This document shows, one piece after another, positions 8,667 to 17,737 of a stretch of 32,000 bases of DNA (positions are counted from its first letter, which is position 1; each line of letters opens with the position of its first letter). The stretch covers positions 960,001 to 992,000 of the forward strand of contig NC_003450.3 of assembly GCF_000011325.1 (NCBI RefSeq), given 5' to 3'. The stretch comes from Corynebacterium glutamicum ATCC 13032 (lineage in GTDB: Bacteria; Actinomycetota; Actinomycetes; Mycobacteriales; Mycobacteriaceae). The notes below the pieces were generated by a model that was not told the origin of the DNA, did not search any database, and saw only the letters and a program-made list of their open reading frames with translations. The position numbers were made by a program, and so were the translations under genes.

Positions 8667-9461
8667 ATGCCGTCGGCAGGCGAGGAGATTTTAGAGCAGC
8701 GCGCACAGCTGGAGTTTGATCAGCGCCGCGCCGATGTGGTGATGATCGGCAGCCAGGTGGTTTATGGTTCCGTGGGGCTCAGTGCTGCCATTCCGGTGAT
8801 GCACAACGAAGGCCTCCGCGTGGTCGCTGTCCCCACCGTGGTGTTAAGTTCCATGCCGCGTTATGCAAGTTCTCACCGCCAGCCGATGTCGGACCAATGG
8901 CTCGCCGACGCGCTGCAAGACCTGGTGGATCTGGGGATTATCGATGAGGTTTCCACCATTTCCACCGGCTATTTTACCTCCGCTTCTCAGGTGCGTGTGG
9001 TCGCTGCGTGGCTGCAGAAAATCCGCGAAACCCATCCGCATGTGCGCATCGTGGTGGATCCCATCATGGGGGACAGTGACGTGGGAATTTATGTCGCCGA
9101 CGAGATCGCAACCGCCATCTGCCAGGACTTATGCCCTCTGGCTACCGGAATCATTCCCAATGCTTTCGAGCTCTCCCACATGGTTGGCTCCGGCGATCCG
9201 CGCTCGCTGCTCGGCCCGTTTGGCGAGTGGATCATCATCACCAGCGCCACTGAAACTGTGGGCACCACCGTCACCCGCATCGTCACCCGTGACAGCGTCC
9301 AGGAAATCGCCTCCGCCACCGTCGATACCACGGCCAAAGGGGCAGGCGACGTCTACGCCGCAGCATTAATCGCCGCCCTGCATAAAGATTTTTCGCTTAT
9401 CGACGCCGCCAGCCACGCATCCAACACCGTCTGCGCCGGCCTGCAGACCAAAGCGCTTTAG
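8667..9461 (+). CDS. pdxK: Pyridoxal/pyridoxine/pyridoxamine kinase (ribokinase superfamily)
   Basis: 264 aa with IGSQVVYGSVG, DPIMGD and AKGAGD motifs. The N-terminal about 25 aa are uncertain, so the start could be further downstream. Confidence 0.8.
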   Translation: MPSAGEEILEQRAQLEFDQRRADVVMIGSQVVYGSVGLSAAIPVMHNEGLRVVAVPTVVLSSMPRYASSHRQPMSDQWLADALQDLVDLGIIDEVSTISTGYFTSASQVRVVAAWLQKIRETHPHVRIVVDPIMGDSDVGIYVADEIATAICQDLCPLATGIIPNAFELSHMVGSGDPRSLLGPFGEWIIITSATETVGTTVTRIVTRDSVQEIASATVDTTAKGAGDVYAAALIAALHKDFSLIDAASHASNTVCAGLQTKAL

Positions 9462-9940
9462 GTTTCGTCCGTCTCTGACAGCAAACTGCCGAGCAGCAAT
9501 CCCAGCACGAAATCATCAACCTGCCCGAACTGCACCTGACGAATCCGTCCTTTTCGATCAGCCAAAATGATGCTGGGCGTTCCTTCCAAACGATACTTTT
9601 TCATCGTCGAAGGAATCCGCTGGCCTTCCCTCGGCATATCCACTGCCACGGGGAACTTGATCCCAAACTCATCGATGAACACTTTCAAAGCCTCAGGTGT
9701 CATCACATCATGGTGCTCAAACACGCTGTGCAGCCCGATGACTTGCACTTGGGATTCATCAATCATGCGGTGGATTTTTTGAGCCTGAGGGACACCGTGA
9801 TTCACGCATCCAGGGCATAGCATCTGAAACACCTCCACCACCACAACCTTGCCGCGCAGGTCCTCATTGCTCAAGCCTTCGTGGTTTACCCATTCCTGAA
9901 CATCCAATTCCAGCAGCGGGGCATTGTCGAGCGAACTCAT
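9458..9940 (-). CDS. Thioredoxin-fold thiol-disulfide oxidoreductase (redoxin/TlpA-like), cytosolic
   Basis: 160 aa with a CPGC active-site motif in FQMLCPGCVNHG. AAGGGAG lies upstream of the ATG. No signal peptide is evident. Confidence 0.8.
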   Translation of the reverse strand: MSSLDNAPLLELDVQEWVNHEGLSNEDLRGKVVVVEVFQMLCPGCVNHGVPQAQKIHRMIDESQVQVIGLHSVFEHHDVMTPEALKVFIDEFGIKFPVAVDMPREGQRIPSTMKKYRLEGTPSIILADRKGRIRQVQFGQVDDFVLGLLLGSLLSETDET

Positions 9941-10028
9941 GGTTTAACTCCCTTCATGAAATGTGTGCGGGGTCACTGGTTCCCAGCCTAGTCTGAACTG
10001 GCTAAACAAGATCGGTACAGTGGTGGTC

Positions 10029-10352
10029 GTGATTTTGATTAATGTGAAATTCAAGCCATTGCCAGAATATGTAGACACCTTCCGCGAGCAGGTAGCGGAG
10101 TTTACAGAAAAGACCCGTGCGGAAGAAGGAAACATCTTCTTCGATTGGTCAATTAACACCGACAACCCAAACGAGTTCATCCTCATCGAAGCATTCCAGG
10201 ACGACGCTGCCGAAGCTCACGTCAACAGCGACCACTTCAAGGCGGCCTGTGAGCTGTTCCCAACCATCCTGTCTGAGACCCCAGAGATCATCAACACCCT
10301 TATCGAGGGCAAGACTGAGTGGGACCGCATGGCAGAGTTCGCAGTCAACTAA
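10029..10352 (+). CDS. ABM (antibiotic-biosynthesis-monooxygenase-like, YgiN-type) domain protein, paralog 1
   Basis: I chose the GTG at 10029 because it gives 107 aa, collinear and gapless with the downstream paralog (VILINVKFKP versus MHIVNIRFKP). GTG codons at 10020 and 10023 are alternatives. The ORF-track start at 9963 is unlikely. Confidence 0.75.
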   Translation: MILINVKFKPLPEYVDTFREQVAEFTEKTRAEEGNIFFDWSINTDNPNEFILIEAFQDDAAEAHVNSDHFKAACELFPTILSETPEIINTLIEGKTEWDRMAEFAVN

Positions 10353-10417
10353 AATATGACCTTTGCTGGTTGGCTAATTTTGGGTCAAAGTTTTGTGAAA
10401 CGAAGTAAGCTTAAGTT

Positions 10418-10741
10418 ATGCATATCGTCAACATTCGCTTCAAGCCCAAGGCTAAGTACGTGGATACATTCCGCTACACAGTCGACAAATTCACTGAGTC
10501 AACCAGGACAGAGGAAGGCTGTCTCTACTTTGATTGGTTCCGCAACACCGATTACCCAGGCGAGTACCTTGTAATTGGTGTGTGGACGGATGAAGGTGCG
10601 ACGGAACATAAGAAGAGCGAGCACTTCTTGCGAGCTCAAGAAACACTTCCACCGTTGCTGCAACAAACTCCAATGATTATTCAGAGTGAGTTTTCCAAGA
10701 AGAAGGGTTGGGAACGTTTCAGCGATTTCACCGTCTACTAA
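10418..10741 (+). CDS. ABM domain protein, paralog 2
   Basis: 107 aa. My hand alignment gives 48 of 107 identical positions with paralog 1 and no gaps (YVDTFR, FTE.TR.EEG, FDW, NTD.P, S.HF). Confidence 0.78.
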   Translation: MHIVNIRFKPKAKYVDTFRYTVDKFTESTRTEEGCLYFDWFRNTDYPGEYLVIGVWTDEGATEHKKSEHFLRAQETLPPLLQQTPMIIQSEFSKKKGWERFSDFTVY

Positions 10742-10863
10742 GGAGCCCGCAAAAGCTTTGTTGCTAGCGGAAAGGCTTTAGCGACAAGGCTTTTTGCATG
10801 TTTTAATGCAGGGAATATTAACTTTTTGTTAATCTCTGACCATTGACCTTGTACGCTTAAAAC

Positions 10864-11826
10864 ATGCGAAAGAAAAAAGACGGTCAAAATCTCCCAGACT
10901 TCCGGAAAAATCCGCCAAAGCTGGATAAAAAGGCTTATGAAAAAGAACTAAAAAGACTTCAAGCCGAACTCGTCGATTTGCAACAATGGGTTGTGGAAAC
11001 CGGTGCGCGCGTGGTCATCGTCATGGAAGGCCGCGACGCCGCTGGTAAAGGTTCTGCGATCAAGCGCATTACGCAGTACCTCAACCCCCGGTCCGCAAGG
11101 ATCGAAGCGCTGCCCACCCCAAACTCTCGGGAAAAAGGGCAGTGGTATTTCCAGCGCTACATCGAAAAATTGCCGACTGCTGGTGAGATCGTTATCTTTG
11201 ACCGCTCCTGGTACAACCGTGCAGGAGTCGAGCGCGTCATGGGATTTTGCACCTCCCAGGAGTACCGCCGATTCCTTCACCAGGCACCAATCTTTGAACG
11301 CCTGTTGGTGGAAGATGGCATTCACCTGCGTAAATACTGGTTCTCTGTATCTGATGAAGAGCAGATTGAGCGTTTCGAAGACCGCCTGAGCGATCCGCTG
11401 CGCCGGTGGAAGTTGTCGCCAATGGATTTACAATCGATCACCCGCTGGGAAGATTACTCACGCGCAAAAGATGAGATGTTCATCCACACGGACATCCCGT
11501 CAGCACCGTGGTACACGGTGGAATCTGAGGACAAGAAGCGTTCCCGCATCAACGTCATTTCGCATCTGCTCTCGACGATTCCTTATGAGAAGATCGATCG
11601 TCCATTGCCGGAAATCCCTCATCGCCCAGATTCTGAATCTGATTATGTACGTCCCCCTCGCGATGAGTTCCGTTATGTTCCAGATGTGGCAGCACACTTG
11701 GAAGAAGAGCGCATCAAGAAAGAAGAAAAAGCCAAGAAGGCAAAGAAGCCAGCTAAGGCTGCAGGAAAGAACTCGGATAAGCAGAAGTCTTCCGGAGGAA
11801 AAGGCAAGAAGAAGTCCAAGAAATAG
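10864..11826 (+). CDS. ppk2: Polyphosphate kinase 2 (PPK2) with a lysine-rich C-terminal tail
   Basis: 320 aa with a P-loop MEGRDAAGKGSAIKRI, FDRSWYNRAGVE and RWKLSPMD. The position matches PPK2A (NCgl0880) as I remember the locus. Confidence 0.9.
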   Translation: MRKKKDGQNLPDFRKNPPKLDKKAYEKELKRLQAELVDLQQWVVETGARVVIVMEGRDAAGKGSAIKRITQYLNPRSARIEALPTPNSREKGQWYFQRYIEKLPTAGEIVIFDRSWYNRAGVERVMGFCTSQEYRRFLHQAPIFERLLVEDGIHLRKYWFSVSDEEQIERFEDRLSDPLRRWKLSPMDLQSITRWEDYSRAKDEMFIHTDIPSAPWYTVESEDKKRSRINVISHLLSTIPYEKIDRPLPEIPHRPDSESDYVRPPRDEFRYVPDVAAHLEEERIKKEEKAKKAKKPAKAAGKNSDKQKSSGGKGKKKSKK

Positions 11827-12240
11827 AACGCCTTTTAAGGGGTTGAAAAGCCCCAAATAGGACTCAGTGTGGGTGGGGCTCGTTCAGGCGCTTAAAAGTG
11901 ATTCTGGAAGGGCTCCATTTTGAGGCTGGTGGGGCACAAGTGATTCTTGAACAGTTGCTACAGGATTACTGATCAACTTCTCGTCACGAATCGCTGGCGA
12001 GTCCTAAAATCGAACGAATATTTGCATAATAGGGATCTATTAGAGCGAATTTTCGATCGAAATTGGACATTTGCTGCGGTCCGGGGGCGGATTTTGCGGT
12101 TCGCCAGGCCTTAAGCCTCAAAAGCTACTTTCTGAAAGTCTCCTGCAAGGCTCCAGGGCAAGGACTCACCACACCGCCTAAGAATCGACGGATCTGTGGT
12201 GGATCCTAACCATTTCGCCTGAACCTGCTGCCTGCAATCG

Positions 12241-13035
12241 TTAACCGTTAAGCAACTTCTCCAGCACCACAATAACGCCCTCTTCAATGTTGGATGGTGC
12301 AATTTCGTCGGCCAATTCCAAAATGTCCGGGTGGGCATTGGACATGGCGTAAGACTTGCCGGCGGCCTTGATCAATTCAGTGTCGTTGAGGTAGTCGCCA
12401 AACACGAGAGTTTGGGATTCTTCCAATCCGAGGGCATCGCGGAGAGCAGCCAAAGCTTGGCCCTTGTTGGCTGAAGGATCCATGACATCGACCCAGTGCT
12501 GGCCGGAGACAACAACGTTGGCGTTGGGGGAGGCTGCGCGGATGATGGGGGCACAGTCCTTTTCGGCATCTTGGAATGTAAAGATCGCTACCTTGATTAC
12601 TTCATTGTTGACTGCTTCGTGGAGGTCTTGGACTTCCTCGATGGAGACGTAGTATTTCAGGCCTTCGGCGCGGAAAGCTTCGTCGTTGCGTTCGACGTAG
12701 GCGCGTTCTGGTCGGCAGACCACTACTCCCATATCGATGTCGGATGCGCGCACGGCATCGATGATGGAGTGTACGGTGTCGGAGTCGATGGTGGTCAGGG
12801 AGATAATTTCGCCGTCGTGGACTACCACGGTGCCGTTTTCTGCGATGTAAGAAATGGGTTCACCCGCGTGCCCGAATTGTTTTTGCAAGGTGGCTAATTG
12901 ACGGCCGCTGGCTGGTGCGAAGGCGATTCCTTTGGCACGCATTTGTTCCAGGATGTCCCAAAATTTCTCTGGGACTTCGTGGTGGGTGTTTAAAAGTGTG
13001 CCGTCCATGTCTGTCGCGACGAGGCGAAAGTCCAT
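12241..13035 (-). CDS. Cof-type HAD-IIB phosphatase
   Basis: I chose the start at ATG 13035 (MDFRLVATDMDGTLL, with the DxDGT motif), preceded by GGAAAGGA. Motif GDYLND is near the C-terminus. The 59-codon upstream extension in the ORF track overlaps the divergent gene and is rejected. Confidence 0.85.
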   Translation of the reverse strand: MDFRLVATDMDGTLLNTHHEVPEKFWDILEQMRAKGIAFAPASGRQLATLQKQFGHAGEPISYIAENGTVVVHDGEIISLTTIDSDTVHSIIDAVRASDIDMGVVVCRPERAYVERNDEAFRAEGLKYYVSIEEVQDLHEAVNNEVIKVAIFTFQDAEKDCAPIIRAASPNANVVVSGQHWVDVMDPSANKGQALAALRDALGLEESQTLVFGDYLNDTELIKAAGKSYAMSNAHPDILELADEIAPSNIEEGVIVVLEKLLNG

Positions 13036-13138
13036 TTGTTTGGATTCCTTTCCGATTATGTCTTGATCGCCCATTCTGTCACATCCGGGTTGTCTAAACA
13101 CCCGCGAAGATTTCCTGTGATGTGCCACACTGGTTCTC

Positions 13139-14158
13139 ATGTCTAACGTAGTGAACACTTTTGTCCAGAATTCCACCGGTATGGTGGAGCTTAATCGTCC
13201 CAAAGCGCTCAATTCTCTTAATCAGGAAATGATCGATCTCGTTCAGGAAGCTCTAACCACTTGGGCTGATGATGATCAGGTGCAGCAGGTTCTCATTTAC
13301 TCATCCTCGGAGCGTGCATTTTGTGCCGGCGGTGATGTGCGCGCGGTCCGTGAGAGCGTGTTGGAGGGCGATGTTGCGGCCGGCGATAAGTATTTCATCG
13401 ATGAGTTCGCGATGAACAACACGTTGGGAACCTATCCGAAGCCGGTCATTTCTGTGATCAACGGCGTCGCGATGGGTGGCGGAATGGGAATTTCCATGCA
13501 TGGATCGCACCGGATCGTCACGGAAAAAGCGTTCGCGTCGATGCCTGAGATGGCGATCGGCTATGTTCCCGATGTGGGCTTTACTTATTTCGGTCAGCGT
13601 GCATCGTCGCTGGCCATCGCCACATTTTTGGCGGTGACCGGGTGGCGCATGAGCCCTGCCGATATGCTGTGGGCTGGCGTCGCAACGCATTTTGTTGAGG
13701 ATGCGCAGGGGTTCATTGATGCGGTCTTGAACGAGTCGCTTGATGGCGCGCTGGAGAAATTCTCCACGCAACCTACGGGCAGCAGCGAGCTGGCCGGCGT
13801 CGCCAGCCAGATTGAGGAGACCTTTGGGCACAGCTCTTGGGCGCTTATCGACGCCTCCCTCCGGTCTCACCCCGATGCTGAATTTGTTGCCAAGGTGGAT
13901 GGGCTGATGGCGTCGGCAGCACCGGCATCGGTGGTGGCTACCGTGAAGCTGATGCATCAAAACAGTGAGGCGACCACTCTGCGTGAAGGCTTGGACAATG
14001 AATTGGCGATGTCTCTTTATATGATCCGCCAGCCTGATTTTGCTGAAGGTGTGCGTGCAGTGTTGGTTGATAAAGACCGCAATGCAGCCTTCTCCCCAGC
14101 CAACTACGAAGATGTTGATGAGTCACATTTTGTGACCTTGTTCCAGCGCAGTTCATAA
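13139..14158 (+). CDS. Enoyl-CoA hydratase/isomerase superfamily protein, 3-hydroxyisobutyryl-CoA hydrolase-like
   Basis: 339 aa with FCAGGDV, NGVAMGGGMGIS and PEMAIGYVPDVG. The long C-terminal domain is typical of the hydrolase subgroup. No obvious SD sequence is present. Confidence 0.82.
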   Translation: MSNVVNTFVQNSTGMVELNRPKALNSLNQEMIDLVQEALTTWADDDQVQQVLIYSSSERAFCAGGDVRAVRESVLEGDVAAGDKYFIDEFAMNNTLGTYPKPVISVINGVAMGGGMGISMHGSHRIVTEKAFASMPEMAIGYVPDVGFTYFGQRASSLAIATFLAVTGWRMSPADMLWAGVATHFVEDAQGFIDAVLNESLDGALEKFSTQPTGSSELAGVASQIEETFGHSSWALIDASLRSHPDAEFVAKVDGLMASAAPASVVATVKLMHQNSEATTLREGLDNELAMSLYMIRQPDFAEGVRAVLVDKDRNAAFSPANYEDVDESHFVTLFQRSS

Positions 14159-14185
14159 AACCGCCAAACTTTTGATAGCGTAGCA

Positions 14186-14965
14186 ATGGCCCTTTCGGTG
14201 GATGGGGCCATGTTTGCACAATGCTTGAAGAAGGGTAGGGCAGTGAAGCCGCTGGGCAAGATCGCCGTTCCTTGGACTTGGTACCTGGGAATTGTTGGGG
14301 TCATCATATTTGATGTGGTGGCAGCAATAACGATGCTCACCCTCGTGCCCAACAAAATGCCCGAAAGAGTCAACAGTGGGCTTGTCGCGCTGGGTGGATC
14401 GTATGCACCCCCGATGAGCCGGGAAACACTCATTGCCAGAGTCATTGCCGGTGCAGTGCTGGTTCTGGTGATTTCTTTAGGTATTTCGCTGCTGATTTCC
14501 GCGCAGTCCAAGAACCTCGCGTCCGATCACCCGGATGCATCTGCCATTCAGATTGCTCGGCGTTGGGCGTTTTTGAACAATATTCAAAGCTGTATCGGCT
14601 GGTTTAGTTTCTTCCTCGCAGCGATTTTGAGCATCTCATCGCTAAGACTCAACGGCCCAGGTGCCACCACGCATCTTGAGATGGCCGTTTACATCATCGC
14701 TGTGTCGGTGTTGGCTTGGGCGTTGATGATTTCCTTGCGACGCGGCCAGGTGGCGATTGATCGTGCCATTCCAATTCGGGAAGATGATTCCGAACTGAAA
14801 TGGGGCATGATCTACCACGATGCTTCAGACAAACGAGTTTTCGTGGAACTCGATGATGGCCACACGACCGTCATCAACATGGCGCGCGGGGGAGCGTGGC
14901 TGCTCATCGCAGTGATGGTGCTGCCTGCGCTGGCCATCGTCGGTTGGGTTTTGCTAGAAAACTAG
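14186..14965 (+). CDS. Uncharacterised integral membrane protein (about 5 TM segments)
   Basis: Five hydrophobic stretches are visible by eye. The segment KWGMIYHDASDKRVFVELDDGHTTVINMARG resembles the DUF5808-type loop as I recall it. The start is uncertain (ATG 14186, ATG 14210 or GTG 14243). Confidence 0.6.
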   Translation: MALSVDGAMFAQCLKKGRAVKPLGKIAVPWTWYLGIVGVIIFDVVAAITMLTLVPNKMPERVNSGLVALGGSYAPPMSRETLIARVIAGAVLVLVISLGISLLISAQSKNLASDHPDASAIQIARRWAFLNNIQSCIGWFSFFLAAILSISSLRLNGPGATTHLEMAVYIIAVSVLAWALMISLRRGQVAIDRAIPIREDDSELKWGMIYHDASDKRVFVELDDGHTTVINMARGGAWLLIAVMVLPALAIVGWVLLEN

Positions 14966-16176
14966 CCCACCTTTGTTAAATGCTCGCCGTCAAAAGTCAC
15001 GCCGACTTGTTGGCCCTCAACGGTGAGTGCGTAGCCATCAAAAGGAAGCTGTCGGTGAGCTGCATAGGACGCCACCGCGCGGCGGGCATCAATATCGCCT
15101 GGTAGCTGGTGATACAGCGTGGCCTCAACAGCTGCATGTGATGCTGGCGGAAGCTGCAGCCGAGGATGATCCAGCAGCAGGACAATTCCGGTGCCATCAG
15201 GTTGCTGCACGATGGTGTGCGTCCAAGTGTTGAGCACCTGTTTAGCCACATCAATCAGGTTGAATGCGGTGGCTTCCTCAGCAAGGATCTCTGCATTGGT
15301 GAGCAGTAGTAGGCCGTTATCGAAACCAAAGCGGGCAAGGCCTTCAGTTGCTTGACCATTGAGTTCTTTTAAAGACCATGTCCATACCCAACGCGTGCCG
15401 TCGATAACAGCAAGGGGGATGGCGTGAACTTGGTGTTCGTTTGCCACGGTCGCCACGTTGGTGTGTGGGTCAAAGGTGACGTTGTGAGACGAGGAGATGG
15501 CGTCGAAAAGCAATTGATGCTCAGCGGACATGAACGCCGCATCCGCGCGTACGTCGCGCAAGCTCAGCCCGCCTGCGATTTCGATGACTTTGCCGCCACG
15601 AAGCAACAGCGAGGTGCCATCGCTGAAGGAGATGCGGTTGTCATCGAATCGGATGCCCAGTTCGCAGAATGCAGCAAATGAAGTCAATGCCCGTTTGAGG
15701 TCAGTTCCAGGCTTCAGCGCCTGCAGGCCTTCGATGAGCGTGCGACGGATACCAACCAGTTTTGGCGTGTGATTGATCGCAACCAACGCCCTGCGACCAT
15801 CGCGCAACGGGGCGATGAACGCCGGCGCATTGCTATACAGCGTGCGTGCGGCGGTGATCAGATCATCGTCGAGCGGCTGAATGCCCTGCAATTCAGGCAG
15901 TCCCAAATCCTCACCGCGCGTGCTGACCCACTCAAATTCCTGATTATTAATCCACGCAATGACTTCACCGGTGGTATCAAAAGGACTCCCCGACGCCTTA
16001 TTGATCCTCACTTCAGCCGCGGTTTTATCGTCAGAAAGGTTGAATTCGACTCCAGTAACTCGCCCCAATTGGGCAGCAAATGCCTGATCAATGCAGGTTT
16101 GGCCGAGGGCACCATCAGTGATGACATCGATAAGGGATGTGGGCAGCGGAATTTCCATACCTTTAAGGATATGCAC
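14962..16176 (-). CDS. Hypothetical protein built from two homologous about-190-aa halves
   Basis: 404-aa ORF with normal codon composition. An internal repeat is visible by eye (see findings). The start is uncertain (GTG 16176 or ATG 16158). I recognised no motif. Confidence 0.65.
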   Translation of the reverse strand: MHILKGMEIPLPTSLIDVITDGALGQTCIDQAFAAQLGRVTGVEFNLSDDKTAAEVRINKASGSPFDTTGEVIAWINNQEFEWVSTRGEDLGLPELQGIQPLDDDLITAARTLYSNAPAFIAPLRDGRRALVAINHTPKLVGIRRTLIEGLQALKPGTDLKRALTSFAAFCELGIRFDDNRISFSDGTSLLLRGGKVIEIAGGLSLRDVRADAAFMSAEHQLLFDAISSSHNVTFDPHTNVATVANEHQVHAIPLAVIDGTRWVWTWSLKELNGQATEGLARFGFDNGLLLLTNAEILAEEATAFNLIDVAKQVLNTWTHTIVQQPDGTGIVLLLDHPRLQLPPASHAAVEATLYHQLPGDIDARRAVASYAAHRQLPFDGYALTVEGQQVGVTFDGEHLTKVG

Positions 16177-16285
16177 CGGGGGAAACTATGGGGATTTTGG
16201 GGGAGGTTGTTACAAAACCATACGTCTGTGAAGATATGACGAGTGCATGCCCAAAATAATGCATAGGAAAAAGGAAGAGTTAACA

Positions 16286-17737
16286 ATGCGTAAAGGAATT
16301 TCCCGCGTCCTCTCGGTAGCGGTTGCTAGTTCTATTGGATTCGGTTCGGTGTTGTCTGGAACCGGCATCGCAGCAGCTCAAGACTCTGCATTTGACTACG
16401 GTATGGATCCGAGCATGAACTACAACCCGATCGACGACATCAAGGATCGTCCCCAAGGGTTATCCAACCTTCCCTACTTCGGAAGCAAACTAACCAGCTG
16501 GGGCTCATCAGATGCCACCGCCTCATCCGGCATCGTCACCTCCGCACTCCCGCAATACACCGACCCACGCTACCCCCTCGGCAAAGACGACCTGCCCAAA
16601 GCAACCATCGACATGGAGCCAGAAGCTCTTGCGCGCCTTGAGCGATTCGTCGGCGTTGACGGTGATCGCATCCGCCAAATCAACGCGTACTCGCCATCAA
16701 TGGGACGCACCATTCCTCTAGTCTGGGTCGTGCCAGAAGACAACACCGTGCCTGGCCCAACGGTCTACGCACTCGGCGGCGGCGACGGTGGCCAAGGCGG
16801 CCAAAACTGGGTCACCCGCACCGACCTTGATGAGTTGACCAGTGAAAACAACATCAACCTCATCATGCCCATGCTCGGATCTTTTAGTTTCTACGCTGAC
16901 TGGGCAGGCGAAAGCGAATCCATGGGTGGTGCGCAACAGTGGGAAACATTCCTCATGCACGAACTACCCGAGCCGCTAGAAGCGGCCATCGGCGCAGACG
17001 GGCAACGCAGCATCGTCGGCATGTCCATGTCCGGGGGATCGGTGCTGAACTTTGCGACGCATGACCCCAACTTTTATTCCTCTGTCGGCTCATTTTCTGG
17101 ATGTGCCGAAACCAACTCCTGGATGGGGCGCCGTGGCATCGCAGCCACTGCCTACAACGGCAATGTCGTGCCTGAGCAAATCTTTGGTGAAGTAGACAGT
17201 GATTACTCTCGCTATAACGATCCTTTGCTCAACGCTGCGAAGCTCGAAGAACAAGACAACCTCTACATCTTCGCCGGTTCCGGTGTGTTCTCTGAACTAG
17301 ATGTCATCGGTGACAACGCACCGATTGATGAGGATGCGTTCAAAAACCGCGTCTTGGTTGGGTTTGAAATCGAAGCTATGTCCAACACCTGCACCCATAA
17401 CCTCAAGGCTGCGACCGATCAAATGGGCATCGACAACATCAACTACGATTTCCGACCAACCGGAACCCACGCCTGGGATTACTGGAACGAAGCGCTCCAC
17501 CGCTTCTTCCCGTTGATGATGCAGGGCTTCGGCCTCGACGGTGGTCCCATCCCGATCTATAACCCTAACGGTGTGACCTCCAGCGAGTCTTCCTCAGAAC
17601 TGTCTTCTGATGTGAGCCTTGGCACCGTGATCGGTAGTGTGGCGGGAAGCTCCGGATCAAGTGCAGGCAGCAGCGTCCGAGAGTTCATTGCAGGAAGTTC
17701 CGGATCAAGCCAATCAGCAGGAAGCTTCTACGAATAA
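16286..17737 (+). CDS. cmt3: Secreted mycolyltransferase (Ag85/PS1 esterase family) with a Ser/Gly-rich C-terminal tail
   Basis: ATG 16286 is preceded by AAAGGAAGAG. The signal peptide is MRKGISRVLSVAVASSIGFGSVLSGTGIAAAQD. The nucleophile motif is GMSMSGGS. The gene symbol comes from remembered locus order (NCgl0885/cg1052) and should be verified. Confidence 0.82.
   Translation: MRKGISRVLSVAVASSIGFGSVLSGTGIAAAQDSAFDYGMDPSMNYNPIDDIKDRPQGLSNLPYFGSKLTSWGSSDATASSGIVTSALPQYTDPRYPLGKDDLPKATIDMEPEALARLERFVGVDGDRIRQINAYSPSMGRTIPLVWVVPEDNTVPGPTVYALGGGDGGQGGQNWVTRTDLDELTSENNINLIMPMLGSFSFYADWAGESESMGGAQQWETFLMHELPEPLEAAIGADGQRSIVGMSMSGGSVLNFATHDPNFYSSVGSFSGCAETNSWMGRRGIAATAYNGNVVPEQIFGEVDSDYSRYNDPLLNAAKLEEQDNLYIFAGSGVFSELDVIGDNAPIDEDAFKNRVLVGFEIEAMSNTCTHNLKAATDQMGIDNINYDFRPTGTHAWDYWNEALHRFFPLMMQGFGLDGGPIPIYNPNGVTSSESSSELSSDVSLGTVIGSVAGSSGSSAGSSVREFIAGSSGSSQSAGSFYE

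Noticed and set aside
13036-13212. N-terminal extensions offered by the ORF track: HAD 13036-13212, prfC 26511-26645, cadD 1599-1655, ABM1 9963-10028, cmt 16247-16285, rpf2 3780-3812, HNH 23049-23099
   Set aside because: In each case a downstream start fits better. Either it has a good SD sequence or the alignment to a paralog or homolog N-terminus supports it. Several extensions also overlap the neighbouring gene or its promoter.
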